Part shown: piece after piece, positions 22,776 through 33,470 of the stretch
Layout: each line of letters opens with the position of its first letter
How positions within the stretch are numbered: the stretch's first letter is position 1
Source of the DNA: Paraspadella gotoi
Taxonomy: Eukaryota; Animalia; Chaetognatha
Direction: 5' to 3'
Assembly: GCA_051294375.1 (NCBI GenBank)
Contig: JBJCIZ010000450.1
Span: 1 to 33,470, forward strand
DNA length: 33,470 bases
Translations under genes and position numbers: made by a program
The notes under the pieces: generated by a model
Database searches by the model: none
Told to the model about the DNA's origin: nothing
What the model saw: only the letters and a program-made list of their open reading frames with translations

Positions 22776-24176
22776 ACACTTTGGAAAAGGGAAAACGCCA
22801 TAAGCTGGCCTAGGTTGTTAAAAAAATATGTGGTCGGAAAAAGGATTTGACACATTAAAAAGGTACTCAAATAAGAGTTAAGAACATATTTATTAATATT
22901 TATATTGGAGAATCAATTAATTTATTTTTTTACTTTGCTCATTGCTCAACGAGTTGAGTGGTAAAATTAGATTGGGAAGTAAAACTCAAAAACTTCAATG
23001 GATTGATAGATTGATGTGAATTAATTAATTATCTGATCAGATCTGGCATTGTTTCTCAAACTTGATTGTATAAAAATTTTTAAAAATACGATTTTTTCCT
23101 CTTTGTCATGACAAAAGCAGCGACGACCATGATGACAATGCCAAATGATTGATTGCTTTTTTAATTATTAATTAAGTTATTAATTAAATAAATATTTTTT
23201 TATTGATTGATAAAACAATTGATTGATAAATTAATAGATAAATTAATTGTTTGATTTTTAATCATTTGATAAGTTTATTGATTAATTGTCTTAACTCTTT
23301 TATATAACCCAAAAAATTTGAAATTTGATAAAATATTTTGAAGTAATATCTTAAAAAATAATCAATTCAAAGATAATAATAAAAAATTCTAAAAATAAGT
23401 TAAGTTAAAGCTTATACAATATAATTGTTATGCTTTTAAACAATAAAAAAATACTTACCTAGTAAAGAGAAATTTGTAAAGTAGAAAAATTCCAAAATAT
23501 GCAAATGAGATTATGCTTATTTTAATTTTAATTTTGAGACTACCAGAGATAAATATGCTTTGGCTATTTTATGGTTAAAAAAATCAATCCAATTCTCGCA
23601 TATTTTGTATAAATGAAATTTAATTTTGTATATTAAAATTTTGATTGGTCACAATTTTTTTTTAAATGACCGAAACTCATATATGTTGTAGAGACTACAG
23701 AAGACAGTACTTATATTATTAATAAAGCAAACATTCACTAATATAAGAGTTATGACTGATTAAAAAATTGAACACATTTAAAATATTTCCCTTATAAAAT
23801 CCAATAAAACTGTTTGATTTATTCATATTCTGACAACATTTACAAACCATTGATATGTATATGTAAAATTTTAAAAAAGTACTACATAAAATGACAAAGT
23901 TATGCAGCTTTTCTAAATTTGTTTTACCTATTTTTAAGTGGTTTAAATATTCCGATTTTAAAATTAACCAGTGGCAATAGATCTACGTTTGATATTTTAT
24001 GTTAAAAAATGAGCTCAATCAACGTAAAAAGAGAAAATTTATTTTCATCCGTGGACTTGGGACACTCTAGGCTTCGGAACCATACCTTTTCTGAATGTGT
24101 CAAATTTTTTTTTCCGTCCACATGTTTTTTTAACAACCTAAGGCTGTCTGCTATATGGCGTTTTCCTTGCCAAGCA

Positions 24177-24182
24177 TATAAT
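24177..24182 (+). promoter_or_regulatory. TATA-like box of peptide gene B
   Basis: TATAAT followed by a 5' UTR exon ending CAAG|GTAAAT at 24261. Confidence 0.5.
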
Positions 24183-24406
24183 TGACTTTAAACTGAAGTT
24201 TCTTTAATCGCTAACAAGTACAATTTTCAGATTTTAAAAATATTTCTTAAGAAAAATCAAGGTAAATATAATAACTCACGAATAAAAAAATTGAAATATC
24301 ATAATTCTAAATCTGTTGTAAAATATGCTATAAAGTTTTTACTAGAATTATATAGTTACTTTAAAATAATCATTTCATAAACTCTTTTTTCAGTCAAATC
24401 TCATTC

Positions 24407-25106
24407 ATGAATGCTACAGTTGCAGGTTTATTGGTTGTGTACTGTGCTGGTTTTGGAGATGTCAATGCAGCAGATAATCCCGTGAATTTTGGTCCTGGAG
24501 TAGCAATGTTATTATAATTGTGAACAATACTGCGGGTAAAGTTTTCACTGTGCTTGTTTAGTTTTAAATTAAGGCTTGACATCTATCATCCATAATTATT
24601 TCAAAAGCAGGTTTCTTCTACATACTTTATATTTAATACAGAATCTCATATTTTATAAATGTTAAAACGCCATTAAAAAAACACATATTTGCTTTTTTTT
24701 CCAGCTTGTCACTTCTTCTACAAGTGTATTTTCGGTGTTCGGCCNNNNNNNNNNNNNNNNNNNNNNNNNGCTTTGCCATTGTGACGAAACTCAAAAGAAT
24801 TTTGATGTCGGGCAAAATAATTACAATTGCGAAAGTGTAAGCATATTTTGTTTATAAAAAGTATTTAAAATGTTCATCAGAAGAATATGAACTTTGAGTG
24901 GCATTATCATGATAGGAATTTGATTAAATTTCTAGAAACATAGACTACTTCATCTTTATATACTTCACAAATTTTATTTACTATGAAAAGTTAATACAAA
25001 AAGTGTTATATTCCTTTTTTTCCTTATTTATTTTTTTAACAAAAAAATGATTTTAGATTCCTTTCACACAAGTCTTACCCTTTATCTTTTTCAGCTTTTG
25101 CATTGA
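24407..25106 (+). CDS. Secreted cysteine-rich peptide gene B, diverged paralog (coding exons 24407-24535, 24705-24836, 25095-25106)
   Basis: MNATVAGLLV...NAADNPVNFGPGVA[C]YYNCEQYCG|CHF...(N gap)...LCHCDETQKNFDVGQNNYNCES|LLH*. Acceptors TTTTCAG (24393), TTCCAG (24704), TTTCAG (25094); a further GT-AG intron at 25155-25305. Confidence 0.7.
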
Positions 25107-25901
25107 AAATGGAATTCAAATGGCAATGATTTTTCATTATGACCACGAAAAAATGTAAGTAAAAGTAAATAAAATTGCAGTCATATGCTAAATATTTATA
25201 ATATTCTATTCCTCTACTACATATTCAATCATATTTTTTGAATATTATTAAGGATGTAATGACAAAATTTACTAAAGACATTGTTTTTAATTTTTTTTTC
25301 TTCAGATTTGAAACATTTCCAACAACTTTTGGATAAAGAAGATACATAATGTTTAAAATTGAATAGATAAAATAGTTATTAAAATCTTTATTAGAACATA
25401 CTACTGTAAAAAAACGCATTTTTTATTTTCTTAAAGAATCTTTCTTGATCATCAGTTCATAACCACGTTGAGTTTAAATATTATCTACTTTAGTTAGTTT
25501 GATACATCCATACAATAGATAAGCATTTTTTGAACTGAAAATTCTAAAAGTCAATTATGAACAACATAAATTCTAAATGTCAATTCTTAATGGTATGAAT
25601 GGTATCAACTTTATTTATTTCACACAATGAATAGGCATTCTTTTTTGATAAAGAAAATATAAATAATTTATACATTGTGTTAGTTAACCAAATATTGATG
25701 CGATGATAACAAAGGATTGATGCGACGATAACCAAATGATTGATGCGATGATAACCAAATATTGATGCGATGAAAACCAATAATTGATTGTTAAAATTAA
25801 GGTTATACAAAGTAGCTTGCTGGGAGAAGTCATGAGCTGAGAAGACTTATTATGACCTGGTTTAGTTGTTAAGTGTGNNNNNNNNNNNNNNNNNNNNNNN
25901 N

Positions 25902-26316
25902 NGAGAAAGAGAGAGAGAGGTGAAAGAGAGAGAAAGCAGAGAGAGTGAAGAGAGAGTGAAGAGAGAGAAGGAGACATAAAAATGAAAAAATCTAAGACTC
26001 AAGATCGAGCAGCAGCCACTATCAAAGAAAAATTAATTAAAAAACCACGGGAAAGAAAACGAATGAATCATGCGCTAACAACTTATTGATGTAATAGTAC
26101 TTGACATTGAGGTAATACTAATTGATTGATGTAATATAATTTATTGATGTAATCAGAATTCGAATTAATGATTGCCGATGATTTAATCAATTATTGATTG
26201 CGATGATAGTCATTTCACTGCTGTGATGATCAGTCATTCACTGATGGCGATGATTGTCATTCATTGATGCGATGAATAGTCAATAAAACAACAAATGCGT
26301 GTATGTAGTGAAAGAG

Positions 26317-26357
<41 letters not shown>

Positions 26358-28075
26358 GAGAGAGAGAGAGAGAGAGAACAGATGAGGTAGACGAGATAGA
26401 GAGAGAAAAAGCAAGAGAGGAGAGAGAGAAAAAAGAAAGAGAATGAAATCCACGAAAATCTCGGATGACAATAATGGGATTAATGTATTGAAAAAAAGCG
26501 CGGAATAAATCGTAATAATGAAAAGTTTTTAGAAGGAAAAAAATATTCCAGAATTGTTTACAAAAGAAAACGATCATCAAGAGATCGAGCCTAGAGAGGG
26601 ACAGACGCACACACAGAGACGAAGAAGAGAGAGAGAGACAGCCCGCTGCACGAGAAAAAATGAGAGAGAGAGAAGCTCTACAGCCCCTTTACTCGGTTAA
26701 AGAAATCAGCTGGTACATATGGCGCCGGACGTAGCGTGAGTTCTTCTCTACCCAAAGGACCCGGTTCCGCACCCTGTTCGCGCAATCGTTTTTTTACATT
26801 GTGAGCCCACATTATATCTAAAATTTTCTTTTGTATAAAAAGAAAAAGATATTAAGAGTGAGAGAGGAGAAGAGAGAGAGAGAGAGAGAGGAAGAGATAG
26901 ATAGAAAGCTGGACAAGACGATCAAGAGCGGAACTCGTTTTTTAGACAAATCAAGAGAAGCAGTGACGAGAAAAAGAGAGAGAGAGAGACGCGTACATAT
27001 ATTTAAAAGAAAGAAGAGCAAGGAGAGCGACATATAATAAAAACGTTTTGTTTATTGTAAATAAACGACATACACAATACGATATTGATATGAAACAGAG
27101 ATTTTAAACGATTGACTTAGAAGCCATATATGAAAGTTTCACTCCCTATGATTGCACACTATTTCAGAGCCATGATGCAAAAAAGCGTGACCGAAGCTAA
27201 AACGAATCAAAAATCTAGCCAGGACGGCTTTGCCCGCCTGGCTCGATCAAATAGAGGAATATTTTGTTTGTTTTGATAATGTAAAGGAAAACATTTAATA
27301 ACCATGTCCCTGACTCAATTTTTAAGGAACATCGATGATGACAAGACAGAATATAATTAATAGATTATTTATATTAAAATTAATTAATTAATTAAGTCAT
27401 AATTAACTCATATTGTTAAAATAATCATATTAATTGAATTAATTATCGATAGGCAGATTATACGACATTGTATTGCTCAACACTTGTTTAGTTACATAAG
27501 CAAGGTCTTGAAAGATAGAGATAAGAGAAAGAGAGAGAGAAAGAAAAAGAAGAGAGAAAAAGAAAAGAGAAAAAGAGAGAGGGAAGGAGAGAGAAAAGAG
27601 AGAGAAGAAAGAGAAAGAGAGAAAGAAGAGAGGAACAGACAGGGAGAGATATCTGCCTCAGGTACATATAATCATTGTCAGAAAGATATATTTTCTTATC
27701 TTATCATTTTGGCTCTCTTCTCCTTTTACTTTCGCCCCTGTGGGGAGCTCACTTTTTTGGCTCGCGCCAGGGTACGTGGCTCGGCGCGTTTGTATGTCGT
27801 AGCCTCCCAGGGGGTCTGGTGGCGGGTGCCCGGGGCATACTGTTTGTCTAGAGGCAGGCCGCGCGCTCTTCGTCGACAGGGTGGCGTCCCCTCGGGCAAT
27901 CCATGGTATTAGGGGACCCCCCATGACTTTCGATGTCCTCCGGACAAGCTGGCCTGGGCCGCCCCTAGCAGCCACCACCGCGCGGGGCGAAGGATTTGGG
28001 TAGATGACAGTAGTCTCGGCTCTACCTAAGAGCACAATTGTTGAGTAGCAAGTTCAGAGTGGAAACAGGGTACGA
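25902..28075. other. ~2.2 kb sequence unique in the window: (AG)n tracts, degenerate 21-22 bp repeats (26080-26285) and a GC-rich patch (27735-28030)
   Basis: No counterpart in copies I or II; bounded by an N gap on the left. Confidence 0.6.
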
Positions 28076-28079
28076 GAAC

Positions 28080-28645
28080 ATAATAGACATAATAAATAGA
28101 TTAGAATAGCATTAGAAGTTAAGAGATCGGCAATTTGAATTGTAAACTTAAAAAGTGACAATTTTCTTTTTAAAATGAAAGATAGTTTTGTTGTTGAGAG
28201 ATAGAATATGTAATTAAAAAGGGAAATAAAGAAGAGAAAAAAGAGCTAAAAATGAGCTCTGCGCCCCCCCCGAGGGTGGCAAATGGGGGATTTTGGCGAT
28301 GTAATCGGGTCGTATGGCGTGTCATGGCTGAGAGGCTATTGTGATGGAGTGTGACAAGGTCGGATCTGGGAGTGATCCGAATGGGAAATGGGAGTTACAG
28401 ACTCCTCATCCTCCTTCTGCACGCCATCGTTTTGGGCAAGCTCGGCCTGAGGAGAAGTGGGACTGAGTTGGCTACAGAAGAGGGTGAGGTATTGGGCATC
28501 CATTGTTTTGCAGGTGGTCATCGCCTGACCTGTTGAGAGGGGACAGGGGAATCACCCTGCGGTTGTGGTGGTGCTGGGCGTTCCACCAGTTTGGATAAGC
28601 AATCTTAGCTAGGAGGGAGATCTCATCACAACAACGAATGAGAAG
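28080..28645 (-). mobile_element. Module A, inverted copy (putative PLE 3' fragment)
   Basis: Reverse complement of roughly 1-555. Confidence 0.4.
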
Positions 28646-31600
28646 AAAATCATTGAAGGGAGGCTCGATCCTATTCTTTTAAGATTTTCTTTAAAGAATA
28701 AGTTTCTAATAAATTGTTATTTTAGTTTTTAGTGCTTATACTCCTTGCAAATAATGGAAACTACAATGCAATCTGCTTTAAATTTGTTATTGTCTTCTAC
28801 TGTCTACATAAATATGAACTTATGTAATAAAAAGATTTAAACCTTAAAATGGAGTTAACTAAATTCCTTGAAATGCCAATTAAACAAACTCGAATTGAAC
28901 AACCTCAGTTAAAGAGTAATATAATGTTTAATATCTCATCAACTAACCCTCGAAACGTCCGTTACTCGATCACTCTCTCTATTTCCTTTTTCTTCTTTTT
29001 TTATCTCTCTCTCACTTTCTCTCTCTCTCTTTCTATCTCTTTCACTTTTTTTTAATTTTCATATCTCTCTCTCTGTCTCTTGAAACAAAAGTCGAAACAT
29101 GTTCATTGTTTAAATATAAAAAATTGTTATTAGAAATCAAATTGTTTTTTTTTCCTTTAAAACATTTAATTAAATTTATAATTATATTTTCGGGAGTAGG
29201 ATATTTTTTATACTGTTCCCAGGCAAATATAAATCTTATGTTCTTTGATTTCCATTATCCTAAAGCGCCCCTCACAATAACATGTTCAGTTTCACTTTCC
29301 CAGACAAAAGATGTTTTAAGTACAGTTCTTTGTAAGTTTTGAGATGTGAAAATTTTTGCTTGTGTGTAGAAAAGTGTGTTATTGAGCTGGATTATACAGT
29401 TTCAATGGAATCGGTCCAAATAAAAATGAGTAAAAATCGGGAAAAAAACTTTTTATTTATTGGATGACTTTTTTTCATATGTAAATGTAAATACAAGCTG
29501 CCAATAAGTAATTGATTAATTAATTGATTAATTAATTATTTATATATTTATTTGTTAATTAATATTTTTTTTTTATTTATTTCATCATTAATACGGAAAT
29601 AATTATAATAATAATTGTTTATTTTTCAAACTTTTTTTTAAATTTTTTTTTAACAATTAGAACGAGTCTCAAAATAATTGTAAGGGAATTAACAAAATTG
29701 TTATCAAAGAAATAAATAATAAATAAGAAAATAGGCATATTTTTAACCGATTTCATTCGCAGAAGAAATCTTTTTCATACTCAAATTCTTGCCGCGACAA
29801 ACAAAATTCTTTTGTTCGAGCCTTGATCAGCATTTCCTTCATCATCACGCGCCCTCTCAAAACATTTGCCACTTTTGCTTTCAGAGATAAAAGACAACTA
29901 AAATACAGTTCTCCGGAAAGTTTTTACAAAAAACTTTTAGTTACTAAAAAAATTTGTTTCACTTTGATGAAAAAAAAATATGTCGGAGAAAAATTAATTT
30001 TAAATATAAAATAATCTAAAAAATATCAAAAATAAAATCTATTAAGTTTAAAAAAATTTCTTGTTTCAGTTCATTTCTGTAGAAAAATTATTTATATAAA
30101 GATTTTTTATTTGTTTATTTTTTTAGTTGCAGCAACACAGAAAAAAATTAAAAATTGTTTTCATTCCTATTTTCTTTTTCAATAACTAAATCATTTAACC
30201 ATAAATAAACCTAATAAATACACCTAATCCCTCAGCCTAATTTCAAACCCAGTCTTTTAAAAAAAGCAAGTTTGAGCAAACAATATCAGATCTGCCCACG
30301 ATCATTAGTGATAATTAATTAATTAATTAATTAATCAGTTAAAACACATAATTAAATAATTTTTTACACATTAATTAATTAATAAATTAATTGTTTGCAC
30401 AAACTGATTGATGATTGATTGATTGATTGACTTTGTTTCTTTCTTTTTCTTTTTCTTCTCTTTTCTTTACTTTCGTCTTTATTTTTTATTTTCCTTCTTC
30501 CTTCTCTTCTTTCTTTTTCTTTTTTTTTCTTTTCTTAATTTGTTTTTTTTTTGATGTTTTTCATTATCTTTCTTTCCTCTTCTCTTTTAGAGAGAGAGAG
30601 AGAAAGAGAGACAGGGAGAGAGAGAGAGAGAGAAATAGAGAAGAAGAGAGAGAGAGAGAAAGAAATAAAGACAGAAAAAGAAGAGAGAGAGAGAAGGAGA
30701 AGATAAGTGGCCCATTGTCTCGTCCGCCCCGTATGAAATTGGGGCCAGAGATATGCCGGGAATAAAATCCCGCGCGAAGGCCGCCGCAGGGCGTTGTGGC
30801 GGTGAACTTATAGTTAGCTTCCCCAAACTGCCTCGTAATTTTAAAAGTTTAATCTGCAAGGATATGGCCCGCGTAATATCTCATTCTCTCTCTGCTCAAA
30901 ACTTACCCTGTCCTCAAACTGACCACCATCTACTTTTTTTAATTCCTTTGTTGAAAACTTTTAATTTTCGTCTCCTCTCTTCTCTTTCTCACTGTTTACT
31001 TGTGAAACAAAAATTTGTCTCCTTTCACAAACCAAATAAGCACTGAGAAAGACTTGTACAAAAGTCAAAACATGTATGTTTGCTAACAATAAAATTTGTT
31101 GTTGCAAAAAGAAATTCTTTTTCTCTCTAAATAAAAAATCATTTAGAAAAATTATTTCATTAAGTAGGTTAAAAATTTAAAAAATATATTTAAGTGGCCA
31201 AGGCTTCTTTCCCAGGTGGATCTTTACCAGATCCAAAAATGTCTCACTCTACAATCATATCTTCTCAGCCTATGACAAGCCAATGACCCGATTCTATTGC
31301 CAACGTCCAACTTTTTCCCGGCTGGGCGAGAGCGCAAGCTTCATTTTGAGCTCTTTTCTCTACTTAAATTCACTAACTCTTTACTTACCTATCCCTCACC
31401 ACTTATTTAAATTTCAACCTTTAAACACATTAATTTATTAATTTATTATTAATCTCATATATCATTGTTGTACATTGTCAAATTTAAAGAATTTTTTTTC
31501 TCTTTCTCTCTCTCTCTCTATTTCAAATTTCACCTAACTTACTCCTTCTTTGTCCTTACCTTTACTTGTCCTCACATCTGACCACTATCCTTTACTCAAT

Positions 31601-31682
31601 TCTTTGTTGGAAACTCTCTCTATCTCTCTTTCTTTCTCTCTCTCTCTCTCTAACCTAATGTTAAAAGAGAAAACATGTTGAT

Positions 31683-31731
31683 TGTCAAAACGCTGATGAA
31701 GACTAACTGCAGAGTCGAAACATGTCTGACT
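31683..31731 (+). ncRNA. Minimal type I hammerhead ribozyme motif, copy III
   Basis: CTGATGAAGACTAACTGCAGAGTCGAAACATGTC at 31693-31726, identical to 11239-11272. Confidence 0.8.
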
Positions 31732-32369
31732 AACAAATTGTCTAAATATAATTTGTTGATAAATAATTCAAAACTGTTTTTCTCTAAATTTTTTTGCAAA
31801 AAACAACGATTTTTATTGTCAATAATAAAAGAACATGTTTTAAGTCTTCATCAGCGTTTATCTTTAGTACAAAATTTCTCTATAACATAGAGTCGAAACA
31901 TGTCCTGTTATTAATGACAATAAAAATCGTTGTTTTGTGCCAAAAAAATAAAAAAATTTCCCTAAACCAAAAATGAGATTTTTATATATCAAATAAAGTT
32001 TTTAGCCGGATCTGCTTACAGCATATTCTGGCTCTCTAATCCACTTTGTTGGGCCGTCGGTCCCACCCCAAAATCTTGTCGGTGAGACACTTACATCATC
32101 TCAGAATATTAAATTATTATAAATTATGCAAAAAAATTGAGGTCCGTCCATACGTCCATCCATCCATGCCCGGTGAGCTTTGAATGCCAATTACTCATGA
32201 GTGGATTGGGCGATTNNNNNNNNNNNNNNNNNNNNNNNNNNNNNNNNNNNNNNNNNNNNNNNNNNNNNNNNNNNNNNNNNNNNNNNNNNNNNNNNNNNNN
32301 NNNNNNNNNNNNNNNTTTTTTTTAACAACCTAAGGCTGTCAGCTTATGGCGTTTTCCTTTTCCAAAGTG

Positions 32370-32375
32370 TATAAA
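32370..32375 (+). promoter_or_regulatory. TATA box of peptide gene copy 4
   Basis: TATAAA followed by a 5' UTR exon ending CTAG|GTAAAT at 32456. Confidence 0.55.
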
Positions 32376-32597
32376 TTGACTTTTATCTGAAGTTTCTCTA
32401 ATCGATGACAAGTACAATTTTCAGATTTTAAAAATATTTCCTAAACAAAATTCTAGGTAAATACTATAATGCCAGGAATAAAAAAATCGAAATACCTTAT
32501 TCTATGTCTGATTGTAAAATATGCTTTAAAGTTTTTACTAGAAATATATAGCATTTTTTAAAATAATCATTAAAAAATATTTCATAAAATTTTTCAG

Positions 32598-33295
32598 TCA
32601 AANNNNNNNNNNNNNNNNNNNNNNNNNNNNNNNNNNNNNNNNNNNNNNNNNNNNNNNNNNNNNNNNNNNNNNNNNNNNNNNNNNNNNNNNNNNNNNNNNN
32701 NNNNNNNNNNNNNNNNNNNNNNNNNNNNNNNNNNNNNNNNNNNNNNNNNNNNNNNNNNNNNNNNNNNNNNNNNNNNNNNNNNNNNNNTAATTGTGAACAA
32801 TACTGCGGGTAAGTTTTCACTGTGCTTATTTAAATTTGAAATTGAGGGCTTGACATCTATCATCCATAATTATTTCAAAAGCAGGTTCTTTCTACATACT
32901 TTATATTTACTACAAAACTCATATTTTTATAAATGTTAAACGCCATTAAAAAAACAACTTATTTGTTTATTCAGCTGTCACTTTTCTACAAGTGAATATC
33001 GGTGTTCCGGCCCGCTTTGCCATTGTGGCGAAACTCACAAGGATTTTGATGTCGGGCAAAAAAATTACAATTGCGAAAATGTAAGCATATTTTGTTTAGA
33101 AAAAAAATTAAAAAGTTCATCAGAAGAATATGAACTTTGAGTGGCATTNNNNNNNNNNNNNNNNNNNNNNNNNNNNNNNNNNNNNNNNNNNNNNNNNNNN
33201 NNNNNNNNNNNAAATTTTATTTACTATGAAAAGTTATGATTTTAGATTTTTTTCACACAAGTCTTACCTTTTATCTTATTCAGCTTTTGCACTGA
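32598..33295 (+). CDS. Cys-rich peptide gene copy 4 (A-type sequence; start codon lies in an N gap; exons 32598-32808, 32975-33080, 33284-33295)
   Basis: NCEQYCG spliced to an uninterrupted 106 nt exon gives CHFSTSEYRCSGPLCHCGETHKDFDVGQKNYNCEN with no correction, then LLH*. Confidence 0.72.
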
Positions 33296-33470
33296 AAATG
33301 GAATCCAGATGGCAATGATTTTTCATCATGACCNNNNNNNNNNNNNNNNNNNNNNNNNNNNNNNNNNNNNNNNNNNNNNNNATTTATAATATTCTATTCC
33401 TCTACTACATATTCAATCATAATTTTTGAATAATATTAAGGCTGTAATTACAAAATGTACTAAATGAATT

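Larger units (their letters stand above)
21415..25665. repeat. Diverged inverted duplication: arms ~21415-22866 and ~24082-25665, spacer ~1.2 kb
   Basis: The arms are reverse complements with many substitutions (e.g. ATCAAAATCCTTGTGAGTTTCGCCAC versus GTGACGAAACTCAAAAGAATTTTGAT). Each arm holds one peptide gene. Confidence 0.9.
16119..25680 (+). repeat. Segmental repeat copy II (~9.56 kb, most complete, no LTR insertion)
   Basis: Collinear with copy I; empty LTR site at ~17825-17840. Confidence 0.9.
25681..33470 (+). repeat. Segmental repeat copy III (first ~1.3 kb inverted and interrupted; gapped, runs off the window)
   Basis: 28649-32215 is collinear with 2066-2509 plus 8673-11757. 25684-25877 and 28080-28652 are reverse complements of parts of 782-2069. 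Confidence 0.85.

Noticed and set aside
21415-25665. Foldback or Mutator transposon with long TIRs
   Set aside because: The arms are intron-containing gene paralogs; no TSD or transposase is visible.
26705-26785. tRNA or tRNA-derived SINE (GGACCCGGTTCCGCACCC, B-box-like)
   Set aside because: No cloverleaf, the boxes are too degenerate, and the region is noisy.
1-33470. Genome-wide reassignment of TGA
   Set aside because: It rests on two suggestive regions only, in indel-rich sequence, with no conserved reference gene in the window to test it.

Overview
AT-rich eukaryotic (most likely invertebrate animal) DNA from an error-prone long-read assembly with N gaps and frequent single-base indels, so none of the listed long ORFs is a credible intact gene. 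The window is about three rearranged copies of a ~9.5 kb segmental repeat (I 788-16118, II 16119-25680, III 25681-33470). The unit carries: (a) an intron-containing gene family, invisible in the ORF track, for a secreted ~80 aa peptide with a signal sequence and a probable 8-Cys defensin-like (CS-alpha-beta) mature region, four copies including a head-to-head inverted pair; (b) Penelope-like element (PLE) remnants with a cluster of minimal hammerhead ribozyme motifs; (c) Helentron/DINE-like non-autonomous elements and microsatellites. Copy I alone holds a 6.16 kb LTR retrotransposon (5 bp TSD AGTCG, empty sites in copies II and III). It has BEL/Pao-like gag only, two stem-loop arrays in place of pol, and no tRNA PBS; instead an LTR-complementary sequence suggests Tf1-type self-priming. 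All calls come from reading by eye; coordinates of diffuse features are approximate.
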